This document shows positions 1 to 13,491 of a stretch of 64,000 bases of DNA, one piece after another. This stretch comes from Utricularia gibba (taxonomy: Eukaryota > Plantae > Magnoliophyta), in the NCBI GenBank assembly GCA_002189035.1, contig NEEC01000007.1, forward strand, positions 3,348,001-3,412,000, in the 5' to 3' direction. Below the pieces are notes generated by a model. That model had not been told where the DNA came from. It was given only the letters and a program-made list of their open reading frames with translations, and made no database searches. Every line of letters begins with the position of its first letter. Position 1 is the first letter of the stretch. The position numbers and the translations under genes are program-made.

Positions 1-679
1 CATTTCATAATTTACGTTGTCTCTCCCTTGTAATTGATAATCAGTTGATTTTGAATGACACTATTTAATAAGGACTGCTAATACCGATTGAATGCTCATC
101 TTAGTTCAATTTTATTGGAGTTCTTGAAAGTTTGCATTTAGGTATGTTGCGCTTTTAATCTTTGGTTTTCATATTGCAGTTATTGAAAGTTTGCATTCAG
201 GTTTCTTATCCCTTCCGTGTGTGTGGATCTCTGGAATCGGGAAGATATTTTTTAGGGGGTCAAATGCAATGAAAATGTGTTTTTGACTTCTTGATGAGTC
301 ATAGAGAAGTGAAAAAAGATGTTTTTTTTTTTATAATCACAACTAGTCTATGGTGCAAATACTATCATAGATTGGGTTTTGCATTGGTTTAAGATAAAAA
401 AAATGTAACATTTTTTTTTATAATATATTGCACATTGTGAGATTAGTAAAATGTGTGCTTTTTACTTGTAATTTTTTATGGATTAGTGTTATTTCTTCTC
501 CAGGATTATGTGCTCTTTGTATTATGCTATCACTAAGGGAGCCTTATGTTCTTTGTATGCATGTTTTATAAAGATTTTCCATATGACTTATGTTATGCTT
601 CGTGTTAGTCCCATCAAAATAATGGGTGTTGGTTGTCCTCTTCAATCTTATTGTTGATTTCTTAGTTGATGTATTTGTA

Positions 680-3600
680 GATATGAATACTTACATGAAG
701 TATGAAAACAGCTTCAAATTAGACTACGGGAGTGAGGAGGAAGACTATAATCGACGACCAATTGCCCATCGAGAATGATGATTATGGACTATCTTTGCAA
801 GTTCTTGTATCCGAAGGGGTACAATTGGAAGCTCCTCGCAATGAAACAAGTGAAGACCCTTTGAACATTGTTAAAACGAAAAGCAGTAGTGTTCGAATAT
901 AAGAACTTGTGTAAGTATAATTTGTTCTGAATAAATTGTATTATTATTGTTTTTAGTATTTAAATTTTGTTTTATTTATAGGGAAGGATAATCTTTGAAT
1001 TGAAAGCCGAGGCTAAAGACACACTTGAAGGATATTGCATGCAGAAAAGAATCCAATTTTGGTTTGAGAAGAATGATAAGCGTCGTTTGATTGCTCGTTG
1101 TAGAGGTAGTGAAGGGGAAACATGTCTGTGGAAGGTGTATGTGAAGATAACACCGATGACAACTTGGGGTGATTATGAAGTCACTCCACATCACCATTGT
1201 AGGCCACATGTGAAAAAATCAGTGAATGTGCGTTGGCTTGGGAAGATGTACATGGATAGGTTCATCGATTATCCGTTGATGAAGGTTGCGGATCCACTTA
1301 CGAATATAAAATGTGATTGGCATGTGAAGGTGTCTACTCACAAGATGAGGAGAGCGAAAGAAAACGCAAGCAAGATGGCTGTGGGAAGTATGAATAATGA
1401 TTTCGAGCACCTATGAAGTTATTGTAAACAATATCGGGTATCGAATGAAGGTGCTTCTATGACAATATTGGAGGTAGACGATAGTGAAGATGGGAAAAGC
1501 AAAATATGCAAAGGAGTTTATTTTTGTATTAAGGTATGCATTTTTGAAATATTTTTTTATATATTTGTGGATTTATTTTCAATTTTGTAGTATTTTTTCT
1601 TACATATTTTTGGTTGATTTATTGTTGAACATTGTATGTTAGAAGTGTTTTTTATTTATTATGTAATGATAAGTTAGCATTTAATTATTGTTGATTTATT
1701 GGATTATGTGATAATATTTGATTCTTTTTTTTTTAGTATTTTCGTGATTATGTTAATTATAGACTTGTAAAGATGGATTATGTATATATAGCCATAATGT
1801 GATTGGAGTTGATAGCACACATACATTGAGTAAATTGAAAGGGAAAGTGCTAGTAGTGATGGCCTCGGATCCGAACAATGGAGTTTTTCCTCTTGCGTGA
1901 GGTGTTGTTGGTAGTGAAACTTTGATGACATGGACTTGGTTCATAAAATTGCTTGATGAAGACTATGATATTCCAGAGGAGACGCAAGAATCGTTTACCA
2001 TAGTTTCAGATAGAGCTCTTGCAACATTATCCATTTTCAGAGACTTACTTCCGAAAGTCAAGGTAATGCATTGAGCCATATATGTTAAAAATTGTAAACT
2101 AATGATGTTTATTTGACACTTCACTATCATATTTCAGCGAGGTTGACAGCCGTTTTGAAGGGCCATGTGTGGGCTACCAATCGAGGTACAATGTCTGGTC
2201 AGTTTAAGCGTGCTATGAATGTGCTTAAGGAATGCAATCCGAAAACATACGAGTATATGGACGGTATCCCACCATCCTAATGGTGTCTGAGCATTTTTTA
2301 ATCAAGGTAACAAGTGTACCATTTTGTCGAACAACAACTCAAAGTCCCTTAATTCAGCTCTCAACGATGCTAGGAAGCTAGACCTAATCGAGCTTTTGAA
2401 ACAGATTAACGACAAGGTTTTTGATTGGTTTGTTAAGCATCGTCGAGATGCATCAAGATGACATAGAGATTTATGTACAAGAATTGAGAATATTTGAAGC
2501 CAAGCATTGGAAGATGGAAAAAAGGGTCATATGGACGTTTGTGATCAAGATAATTACCGGTGGTTGGAAGGAACAAAAAAATGCACTTTTCAGTTGACCA
2601 AACATTTTTGTGATTGTAAAGCATGGACTCTAGATATACACGTATGACCTATCAAAGAATGTATGACGTTAATGTATTCAAGCTTCCGAGAGCTGAAGAA
2701 TGGCTTTGTATGACCGACTTACCACTACTTCCACCTGAGTGGAAGTGTAGGAAACCTAGCCAGCCATCTACTTCACAAAAACATAGATCCTCCAGGTTTT
2801 GTCTATCACACTCTTTTTTGTATGGATTGGTTTTGGATTTGTATTTAATTGAATGTAACTTGTAGGCTAGTATCATGTTCACATGTGGCAAGAAAGGCCA
2901 CAAGAAAAGAAGATTGCAAAGAGGGAGAATTAAATGAGGATAGGGCTCAATGAATGGAGGATGATGAAACATCCATGGCACCAGAGCCATGTATGGCCAA
3001 CATGGAAGTTGTTGATTATTGTAGTTTGATGGAAAAAAAAAAAAAGCAATGAGGAAGTTGGTGACACGTCACAACAAAGCTTTGTAGAAGTAAAGAAAGA
3101 AAATGCTAAACCACATCAAGAAATACCTCTAAAGATGGTCCCAACAAGTGTGGTGTACAACATGCTACATGATCAAACCAACAACAAAGGAGTCATCTTC
3201 AATAGTTGTGTGAATATACGGGTGGAAGTTAGGAGCAACTCGAATGCTTCTGAGTTTCAACTGATTCCAAGAAATAAATGAAGGTGTAAGGCTCCCCATC
3301 TACGGGTGTATAGTGAGTTGATGGACGATGTACTAGATGACATCATTGAATAAGTCGATAGATATGAATCTAACAGAGTATAAATTATGTTTTTTTTGGA
3401 ATTTTTATTCATGATTGATGTTTTTATCTATAGGAAAATCGTGGCATTGCAGTCAACAGGTCATCTAACAAATGCTAATTCATCCACAACCTATGGATGT
3501 AGCATGCCGTGGAGAAAAAGTTTGACTTGGAAATAATTCAAAAGCGGTGTGTGAGACACAATCCATGCAACATTCGTTACATCTTCTTGTCAATTAACAT

Positions 3601-4330
3601 GAAGTAAGTTTTTCTATACATATATATTCCTCATTTACCATTAGAATATGTGACACTTTAAATTGTTTCTATGTCTCGCAATGATCATTACACCTTTGCC
3701 AACTCATATTATGCAATCTTGGAGAGAAAAACCAACGGTGAATTCTCGTCTTAGATTTGATGCATAGCATGTCAACTCATATAACAAGTAACATTCGGAA
3801 GTAAGTAGTGTGTTTTAATACCTTATGCTATATTGTGTTTTATTATTAATTTCTATTAATCTTTTTGTTATGCATGATCTATAGATTAGTGGACTCCATT
3901 TTTAAAGTGAACGGTTGGGATGGTGATTGTGTAAAAGAGCTTGAGTTGCCTATTTTTTTATCAGAGGTTAATATGGCTTTGCTAATATTATTTTTTTTCG
4001 TTATTTTAACGTTGATCAACATATAGATCTCTAAACAAAAGGATGCAACTGAGTGCAGGATTTATGTGTTATACTATGTGCATCTCTTCCTACAACAAGT
4101 TCCCAACTTTTACACTATCAAAACACACTCTTTGTTTGTAATTAATTATCAAAATTTGTTGGTTATTTTATTAGTAGGTACCAAGTACTATTATATTGCA
4201 TAGATGGTACGGGATTGGTTCGTTGAAGAAGATGTTCGTGAATTTGTGGGATGGATGGAGATTCCTCGTTGATCTAGGAGCATTCGAGTAAGCAAACCTT
4301 CCAAAAAAAATGTAGACATTGAACTTGTTT
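680..4330 (+). mobile_element. Decayed Mutator-like element (MULE): MuDR transposase pseudogene followed by Ulp1/C48 protease-like remnant (Kaonashi-type)
   Basis: ORF 1000-1416 (YCMQKRIQFWFEKNDKRRLIARC...WKVYVK) resembles the MuDR N-terminal region. Around 1850-1910 is a MULE core fragment (ASDPNNGVFPLA*GVVGSE), and near 2590-2640 a SWIM-like segment. Near 4025-4100 ISKQKDATECRIYVLYYVHLFL resembles the Ulp1 catalytic Q..C motif. Many stops and frameshifts; boundaries approximate. Confidence 0.75.
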
Positions 4331-4554
4331 GTTGGTATGAACTTGTAGACTTTGTTATTTGTCCTTAACAATATTTTTACATTATATTTTTTCTTTAAAT
4401 TTTTAAATAAATACTATACAAACAATCATAATATGCTTATGATTTCTGTATTTTTTGAAAATTAATTTATTTGAATATTTATTGCTATCATTCTAATTAC
4501 ATCTAATAAAAAAATAAATATAATTATGTAGAATGGCATAAAAAATACCACATA

Positions 4555-4685
4555 GCACTCATGCCCCTATAGAGGGTGACACACGGGTGTGGAGCATGGC
4601 ATATGGGCATGGATTATGGTAACCCAAGTCCGTGTGTCACGCCATGTGGAGTATCGCACACGGGCATGGGTTATGGATTATGACA
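4555..4685. repeat. Short imperfect GC-richer repeats (ACACGGG...GGGCATGG.TTATGG), probably MULE subterminal
   Basis: Two related units, acacgggtgtggagcatggcatatgggcatggattatgg and acacgggcatgggttatggattatg, sit in an otherwise very AT-rich tract just downstream of the MULE coding remnant. Confidence 0.4.
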
Positions 4686-5258
4686 TATTTTTTTAAGGTA
4701 TTATTTGTTATATTTGAATTATTCAAATTTAAGAATTTAATTAAAAAAATAATGTAATAAAAGAATATACATTTTATAGAGTAAATAAAGATCGAATACA
4801 TTATTTTTTATTACAAAAAAAACATTCTATCCTTATGACTTTTAAGGATAAATTGTAGTTTTTTATTGTATTATTTTTTATTCATAAAATAATGCATTAA
4901 ATCCTTATTTTTTTAATTAAAGAGTGCATAATTTTATTTATTATGCTTTAATCATAAAATAATGCATCTAATCCTTATATGTACTAAGTAAAGAGTACAT
5001 TACTTTATTTATTAAAAAAAATAAAGATCGAATGATACACATGTGACATTACCATGTTCAGGTTTTTGCATTAGAATTTTAAAAAAAATTGGTATAATGT
5101 TCACATTTTTGCTCTCAAAATGATACACATGTATACCATTTTTGCTCTCAAAATTAAAATTATATTTAATATTAATGTAAACAAAAATAGATTTAAAATA
5201 ATATATTCATTCATCTTATATACAAATATTCTTATGAATAACATTTATTATTAGTATG

Positions 5259-6403
5259 TGATAAATGAAAAATATGCAACATCATTAAATTGCAAATTTC
5301 TCCTATAAAATAAATTTATAATCTAATACACATTCAAAAATAATACAATTATAAGCAGGTACTTGTCATGTGATTATCAATGCATGTAATCAATGCCATA
5401 TTGATAGATTTGATCTTAACTAGGACAAAGTCAAATTTACAAAGAAATACAGTAAAGAAAAGCAACAAACGTTTGAACTCGGTGGTACCTAAGATGAAAT
5501 GGTGGTGTCTTGGGACTCCTAGGGCTTGCATGCTTATCACTAAAATAAACTCACATACACTACAAATCATACATCTAATAAGCAAAAGTCTAGATCTACC
5601 CAAACCCTTGTTTTCCCCTAATCTTTGGTTTACCTCTAATTAGGGTTGTCAAGATGAATATCATTACTTTCTCCTCCTGGATCTATCCTGGTTTGATAAG
5701 GAAGTGGTGTGATCTATGGTTAACAAAATCAAATGATTGATTAGCACATTACATTCCTTTGACCCCAAGGCACCCCTCTAAATGCTTAGCTACTCATAAT
5801 AAGCGAAAAAAATCATTTTTCATAACATATCCTAAACAACATTCTCATCTCAAAGTTAAACAACAGTAAATAGTGCATAACAGAAACAAAGAAGTTAAAT
5901 GGTTCACGCAGTAAGACTAAAACTATTCTAAGCTAAGAATAGTACTCTTCAAGAACATCAGAAATCTTCAAAATAGAGCTTGGATCATGGTTTCATCTTC
6001 TTCGTCATCCATGGTTCTGCTACTCCCTCCTTCCAGATCTCTCTTCCCAGAATTGTTTTTCATGTTCTTCAATGGGAAGATATTTTCTCTTTCCTCATTA
6101 TTTACAAAATCATTTTCTTCTCTTCCTTGGGATTTGATTGTACTTTCTTCATCTTTTTGTCTATATGCTGTGCAATTTCACTGTGCTCTTTTCGGCTCAT
6201 AGGGAATTGAGTTGGCCAAAAATTACTACATTGCTTCAGAAAATAATTAAAACTGAGGTTTTAGATTTAGTCACCACTAGGAATAAAACACATGACTGCA
6301 TTATTAGTTGCAAAAGTATAGAAATTCATTCTAGAACTTAGGTTTTGTGGCAAAATATTAGACATTTTTCTACTTCTAAACATTCAAAAAATATGTGTTA
6401 TCA
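5259..6403 (-). mobile_element. Solo LTR, Athila-like Ty3 (family A)
   Basis: Termini TGATAAA...GTTATCA with a perfect 5-bp TSD GTATG (5254-5258 and 6404-6408). Colinear and similar over its whole length to 50833-51950. Orientation inferred from the TTTATCA end shared with the PBS-adjacent Athila LTR at 63810. Confidence 0.9.
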
Positions 6404-7149
6404 GTATGTTTTTTATATAAACAAATTTTGTAAATAAAGTTATTCAATGTTATAATATTTTTAATATTTAGTTATAAAATTTATTTCATTTGTTATCATT
6501 TGTGTAATATTATTTGTATCAAATAAGGCAAGATTGAAAACTCTAGCCGCACTTAAGCTTTTTTTAAAATATATAAATCATAGTGCGACTCGTAGTAGGT
6601 CGACCTGGTGGATATTCGGATTGATTGTTGTGCTCATGTGTACAAGTCACTTATCGACCAATATTTATTTCGAAAAAGATTCAATTTTTAAAAAATTTTG
6701 ATAAACTTTATAAGTTAATTATACCAATTTGATAAACGTAATGTGTTAATTATGTTAATTTATCACACTTTGTGGATTAAATATGTAGATTTAACAAACT
6801 TCAAGGGTCAACAATGTCAATTTATTAAACTGTAAAGGTCAAATATGTCAAATTATTGGGTTGAATATATCAATTAGACATTGTACATGGGACCAATAAT
6901 AAATTTATTGGGTCAAATGGACTTCGTTGTAAAGTTTTATAACTTTTTGTTGGATTAAATATGTCTCATTATAATATTTTATGAATTAAAAATGTCAAAA
7001 CTAAATTTTTGTGGGTAAAATATGTTATTTTGTAAATATTTTGGGTCATATATGCCGAACCAATACTGGTTCAAGTCAACTATGTTGAATTGGTTATTTT
7101 GCTATAGGTCAAAAATGCAAAAAATTCAAAATTTTAGGTTAAAAATACC

Positions 7150-9669
7150 ATCACTCGGAAAATAATTACTTCTTACTTTTTATTGATGACTTCTCCAATA
7201 AGGTTTGGAATTATCTTATAAAAAAAAGAGCTTTTTGAAATCTTTAAAAGGTTCCTTGTTAAGGTCTAGAGACAAAGCAGGTTACAACTCAAGACTATCA
7301 AATCTGACAGGGGTGGAGAATTCACTCCCTACAGGTTTTTGGAATTCTGTGAAATCTTAGGCATTCATAAGGCGTTAACAGCAGCTTACTCTCCCAAGTA
7401 TGTTGATAACTGAGAACATGCCTAAGTAATTTTGGGGTGAATCAGTGCACACTGTGCTTTTTCTTCTCAGCTGTTCTATTACCAGAAATGTTCCAAAGAT
7501 GACACCTCAAGAGGCATGAAGTGGCATCAAACCATTAGTCTCTCATTTAAGAATCTCTGGATGTATTGCTTATATGCATATTCCTGATGCAAAGAAAGCA
7601 AAAAAGTGGAAATGCTTGGGTATGACGATGCCTCTGCATGTTACAAACTCTTTGATCCAAAAGAGAAAAAAATTCATATCATGTCAAATGTAATATTTGA
7701 TGAGACAGCATGTTGGGACTGGTAGGACATTCTGATTCAGAAGCAAATTATTCTATGCCTAAAAATGTAGCTGACAATTCAACTCCTAATTGCCAGCAAT
7801 CTTACACATCAATTATTACTTGTGGAAACTCTACAAGTTCTCCAAATGCCACTGGACCGAGAGGGAAAAGGCCTATCTTTGATATGTATAACAGATTACG
7901 CTGAGATTTTGATGATGGAATTCATGCTGATTTTTCTTTCTTTCTTGATGAAACTCCTTTGAGTTTTCAAGAAGCAATTAAACATGTTGAATGGAATCGG
8001 GAGATGGATTTCATTGTGAAGGATAACACATGGGAACTCACTACAAAATGCTATTGGTGTAAAGTGGGTCTATAAAGTCAAGAAGAATGCTATTTGAGAT
8101 GTGAAACCCTTAAAAGACAGGCTTGTTGCAAAAGGAAAGAGTTGATTATGATGAAATTTTCTCACTGATTGCTCGTATGGAAACTATTAGATTGATCATC
8201 TCTATCGTTGGTCTTTTTGATTGGAAAGTATTTTAAATGGATGTTAAAACTGTCTTTCTTAATGACATATTGGATTAAGAATTGCATCTCGAGCAACTAC
8301 CTTGCTATACAGTTGAAGGATCAGAACATCTTGTGTTACGATTGAAGAAAGTCTTGTATGGTCTTAAGCAAACACCAAGGGCTTGGAACACTGGGATTGA
8401 TGGATATTTTGCAGTTGGGATTTGTACTCTGTACTCATGAGCATGCCTTATACACTCCAAAAAATATAGCAGGAGAAATTCTTAATTCTTTTTTTGTATG
8501 TTGATGATCTTATCATCACAAGGTCTGATTCTCGGGGTGCAGAAGAGTTCAAAGTAGCGACGCAAAAATGAATTCGAAATGACTGACCTTGACTTTCTAC
8601 TTGGGAGTGGAAGTAAAAGACTCCATCAGGTATCTTTATCTCACAAGAAAAATTCGAAAAAGAGGTTCTACATTAGTTTGGCATGTCTGGTTGCGATAGA
8701 GCTGATACTCTAAGGCAAAAAGGATTCTGTGTTACATCAAAGGGACTGTGAAATTTGGCTAATGGTATGGCAATTCCACATCTCCTTCTTTTGAACTAAT
8801 GGATTCTGAGATAGTGATTGAGTTGGTAGTAAGGATGACTCTAGAAGCACCACCGGGTTCACTTATTTTATGGGATTATTGTCTTTGCTTGGAGTTCTAA
8901 GAAGCAATCGGTTGTAACTCTTGCGGAGTATATTGCGGCGATATCATGCCTGTCATGGCCTGTGGTTGAGATATTTACTAGAAAATCTCAGTTATGTGTA
9001 AATCAGAACCTACCAAGGTTTTTATAGACAACAAACCAGCAATTGCTCTCAGAAAAAATCCAGCTATGCATGATCGCTACAAGCACATTCTGACAAGGTT
9101 TCAATTTATTGGAGATTGTTTTATGGAAAAAAAGTTCGAACTTCTCTGTTAAATGAAATGATCAAGTTGCTGATATGTTCACGAAGACTTTCAAGTCTGT
9201 ATGTTTCACAGAGCTGCTTCACTCACTTGGAATGAGAAGAGCTTTGAGTTTTAAGGGAGGATGCTGAAATATAAACTCAAAGTAGATAAGGCTACTGGTT
9301 CATGAAGGCTCTTGGATGGACTCTTACAGGAAGTTACAAATGTTATCTGGAAATTAGTTTACGGTTTGGTTTTAGATAATATCTGGTAGTTACTAGTTGA
9401 TAGCATCAGGTAGTGATTATTTATCTATAAAAAAAAGTGTGATGTACTGGAACCATCGAGCATGAGTTTGAAAGAAATATTGTTCTTGGAACAAAAAGAC
9501 TTCTTTTCTGATTGCCATATCTTTTACTCTTATGCAACATTCCAACACCAAGTTGTACAAGATGAACCTTTCGTACTTGGTGAACATATGGTTTATACAT
9601 CAGAGGGTACAAGAGCTTTAGCTGGAACTACGTCGTGAAATTGAGGATAAGTTCCTGCAACGTATTACA
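7150..9669 (+). mobile_element. 5'-truncated, decayed Ty1/Copia retrotransposon (integrase, RT, RNase H remnants, PPT, 3' LTR)
   Basis: Degenerate Copia motifs: integrase LKTIKSDRGGEF (~7290-7325), RT LYGLKQTPRAW (~8355-8390) and YVDDLII (~8495-8515), RNase H KHI (~9080). Polypurine tract AAGGGAGGA at 9253-9261 is followed by TG at 9262; the LTR ends near ...TTACA at 9669. Confidence 0.85.
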
Positions 9670-11061
9670 ACTACGCTTGTAGTACTAGGGACGCATTTTA
9701 AAATTCAGTTTTGTGAAAGCTAATACTTTTCAAGACAGCAGGTGGAAAGTGGTTGCTAGTTTTTAGGGTAATTTCCCAAATAGGATTAAACAGTTACTGC
9801 TGGATCGGTATCTTGATATGAGCAATGTGTATGCAATTTTTTTTATATAAAATGTTTTGTGATGGTATTATCTCTGTTAAAGAACCTTTCACATATGAAT
9901 AGATTGTGCTCGAAGCAGGTGGCTGGCTATCAATATTATGTCTCCTGAGAAAGGATCGAGGTCACTGATAAATGCTGTTTTAGAATTGGCTCAAGATCCT
10001 TGACGCCTTTTGCGTTGATGAGGTAAGCTTAATCTGATTAAGCTTGATGGGATAAGCAGAGTGGTTGTTGATACTGTTGCAGCTGCAGCAAATGCCACAC
10101 CAGGACTAGGAAAATACCCTCCCTTCAACATGGAGGTGAATCCATTTTTCCAGTAAACTAATGATATGCACATCGTTGATGCCCTCCCTATTCTGTTGTT
10201 CAAAATGTATAGGTTATAGCCATTAGCCATAGCCACAACTGCTTTAGAATGCTCCTCCGGTTGAAATGGTGCAAAGACGGTATATAGTGTGGTTCCTTTG
10301 GAGATGTGGTTTGTAACTCAGAGGGAGGGACGGGACGCCTTCTAGAAAGGCAGCTGATGCAGAGACAGCAGCTCATTTTACATAGGGTGAACATCTTGAG
10401 TTTTGTGTATTTCACAATATGTTTGAGGAGTAATGCACTGCATCTAGTTGTAGCCTGTAGGCTACCAGCCCGCAGATTGGAGGGAAGCTTAAAATCATTA
10501 AAACAAAGAAAATCAACAGCACCAAGACGTGTGAGAAGCATAAAACTGCAAGGTTAATAATGAAATGAATCAGTCACCTGCTGCTCTTGTAGCTTTTATC
10601 CTCTCAACAGCATTTAGGATTTAATGAATTGTGCCCAGAAAATAACAAGGAGAAGAAACCTTATCCAATTTTTGGCTATTCGATGCTGCTCAAGGAACTC
10701 CTTAACTATTCGATTGATTGATTGTAGGCTATTGGATGATTGTTAGAGGAGAGTTGGGGGTATTTACAAGATCGATCCTTTCTACCAAAATGCCACCCAC
10801 TACTTCCCAAATTTCTGTTCATCCCTCATTAAAAGTCTTCCCTCATCTAGCCTTGGGCCATACTGGGATATCTGGGAAGACTGTCGTCGTGATTCATGAA
10901 AGGCTTGCTTCCAAACCAACCCCCTTCAAATAAAATAACTCAATCCTCCCAACAAAAAACATAAACTCATGTTCCCAGCAGAAATCAATTTTAAGCACAA
11001 CACGAATAGAAGAAGAACAAAGGAGTAGCCGAAATCAGGAGGATCATCCTACCCCCTCCGC

Positions 11062-12977
11062 TTACTTGAAACATTTAGCATCCAACAAGGGCTCCCCTCG
11101 AACGGCTCCGCATCTTCGATCATTTGATTCACGCGTTCCTTCTGGGCCTCATCGCTGGTATCAACCTTGCTCCACTCATACAGTTCCATGTCGTAGCACT
11201 CGTCCAAAACGAACTGCGGGATTCCAGTGCCCCTGAAGAGCCATAGCCCCTTCACCTTGTATGGTGGGTTCCCACCGATAACCAGCATCTTCCCAAATGC
11301 ATATTTGCGGGCCAAATCCATCCGCTGTAGGAACCCACTCACCTTGTTCAAGGTGACGAACGAAACTGTATTCTCCTCGTTATATTTGTAGTCACAGAAC
11401 CAGAGGGAGTATCCTTCGGCGTCATACATATCCCAGAACCCTGTAAAGACACGTGTCAGAAAAATATGCGACAATGCTCGAATTGCAGTAGATAATGAGA
11501 CGGCACCTTTGATGGCAACTTCACGGAAGTTGGTTTTGGTGTTGGAGTAAAGGCGCTTCCACTCGTCGAGGATCATCTTGCTTGGAGGCAGGAGATCCAA
11601 GGGATTCTTTGCTTTAGGCTTGGGTGCTTCTTCTTCCTCATCAAGATCTCTGGGCTTCGCCTCCTCTTTCTTTGCTGCCTTTGGTTCCTCTTTTGGCTTC
11701 GCTGTTTCCTTTGGTTTGGCAGGTTCCTTAGGCTGAATAGGCTTCTTCGAAGCCACCGGTGGAATAGAATCTGCTTGGATTACATCTCCCCATATCTTCT
11801 TGAAATGTGGCTGATTGATCAGAGTCCATATGTAGCGCTCAACATGAAGGAACTCTGAGGTGAAACTCTTGGTCAAAATAGTCTTGAATCCAAAACCCAA
11901 ATTACATGTCATGATGATGTCTGCAAGCGTGACACCATGACCAACTAAATAGGTATTGGACGTAAGGTGAGTATTAAGTGCACCAAGCGCCCTCTTCAGT
12001 GCAGCAATTGCAGCCTCCTCAGCCTTGGCACACCATCAGAGAACATGAGAAGATAAAATAGGAGACATTGGAACTAAAAACAAACACCATATTCTTTGCA
12101 TACCGGAGGAAGATACAAACGAAATCCCAGACGGGGAAACAGCCAGTTTCCAATATTTGCATCTATTTCAGAAGCAGAAAAATCTATCCATTGCTCAATT
12201 TGACCCTAAAAAATTAATAACAAGAGTTAGTAAATATTAGATCAGGAAAAACAAATCAATACACCATCCAGCAGCTTACATAATCAAGTGAAGTAGAGCC
12301 ATACAAACCACCTTCTGGATTCAAACGGGCCACTAAAAAATGCCAAACAAACGCAAAAGAAATGCCTTAGACTCACTGATGCAAAAACACGTGCAGTAGT
12401 TAAGGTTACCGTATCGTGCAATTGCATTGCTCTCAAATACTGGGCCATCAGGGGTTTCAAGCACAGGGATCTAACAAAAGAAAACCTTTCAGATTAGCAC
12501 AAGAGTCAAGTCTTAACTATGAAAACACATTTTCCCTAAACAACCTGATTATACCTTTCCAATAGGATTCAACTTGACAAATTCAGGGGTCTTATTGGTT
12601 ACACCCATCTGAAAATCCTTGGATAATTCAACCTTCACGCCACTATACTCTGCTGCAATAAGCGCCTTGTAGGCGTTCTTATTCCCAGGGTTGGAATGCA
12701 GAATCTGAAGGCCAAAGAATAAATTAATTAAGGTGATGTTTGCGTCTTCCCACAGTTTTAATTTTCAATTACAACGAATACATGCAAACACTGAGGAGCT
12801 GAAGTTACAAAAAACTAGTACACACGAAATCAGATAGAAACATGAGAAATCGGAAACTTATAACTCGGTATACAAGAAAAATGATCACGAATCTCCATAC
12901 ACACCAATAACAACAGTAGATCCACGCGGATACAGAGCAAAAAAACAGTAAAAAAAAAGGCCACTCACCAGAGCCAT
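11062..12977 (-). CDS. EF1BG: Translation elongation factor 1B gamma (GST-N, GST-C, EF1G domains); 7 exons; apparent 1-nt frameshift near the C-terminus
   Basis: Exons read MAL | ILHSNPGNKNAYKALIAAEYSGVK...LNPIGK | IPVLETPDGPVFESNAIARY | ... | GQIEQWIDF... | AEEAAIAALKRAL...KNPLDLLPPSKMILDEWKRLYSNTKTNFREVAIKG | FWDMYDAEGYSLWF...IEDAEPFEG, with GT-AG junctions. The conserved tail EPLLDAKCFK* (stop 11062-11064) needs one extra G at 11094-11097; as written the ORF ends at 11049. Confidence 0.97.
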
Positions 12978-13153
12978 TGCTAACGACCTTTCAATTCCAC
13001 CGAGACCAGAAATTCTACAAGAAGAAGAAAAAAACAATCCTCATCAGCATAGCGATCACGGTGCATACACAACGAAGAACTAAAAGCATACGCAGCGCTA
13101 GCACACGGCACACACTGGGCGAACGAGACAACCGCAGACCTGATCCCCGCAGT

Positions 13154-13236
13154 GAACCCTAGGGTTTGAATGGTACCATACACATATATATACGTATATA
13201 TCTTGTCCAGAAGTTTTTCCAGGGGCATTTTGGGCT
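13154..13236 (-). promoter_or_regulatory. eEF1B-gamma promoter: palindromic telo-box, TATA-like tract, site II motif
   Basis: AACCCTAGGGTT(T) at ~13155-13167 contains AAACCCTA on the minus strand. TATATA tract at ~13185-13200; TGGGCT at 13231-13236. Telo-box plus site II is the established signature of plant translation-machinery promoters. Confidence 0.7.
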
Positions 13237-13491
13237 TTTAACCCGTGAGTGACATCTTTTTCTGGTATCCGTTGTTTCCAGTGATTATTTATTATTCATT
13301 AAAAAAAACACACGAAACAACCACAAAAGACATTGTGTTGTATGGGTCAGGCAATGAACTTCACCAATTCAAACAAAAAGCAATAATTCCAGCCTTGGGC
13401 TACGCTACTGCTATCCGACAGAGGCATCATGGAAAGGAACCAAATCGGAACATTGAACATCTTAGTAGTACAGTTGCCCATAGAAAAACAG

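Noticed and set aside
6690-7150. AT-rich tandem subrepeats (AATATGTC/AAATTATT) suggestive of a MULE TIR or MITE
   Set aside because: I could not define a partner TIR or TSD, so no element boundaries can be supported.
9991-10236. Minus-strand ORF vaguely resembling a mitochondrial carrier repeat ([14 protein letters not shown])
   Set aside because: It lacks the PX[DE]XX[KR] signature and has no supporting exons or splice structure.
12708-12968. Possible C/D snoRNA in eEF1B-gamma intron 1 (GTGATCA...CTGA)
   Set aside because: The C box is imperfect, there is no terminal stem and I found no evident rRNA complementarity.
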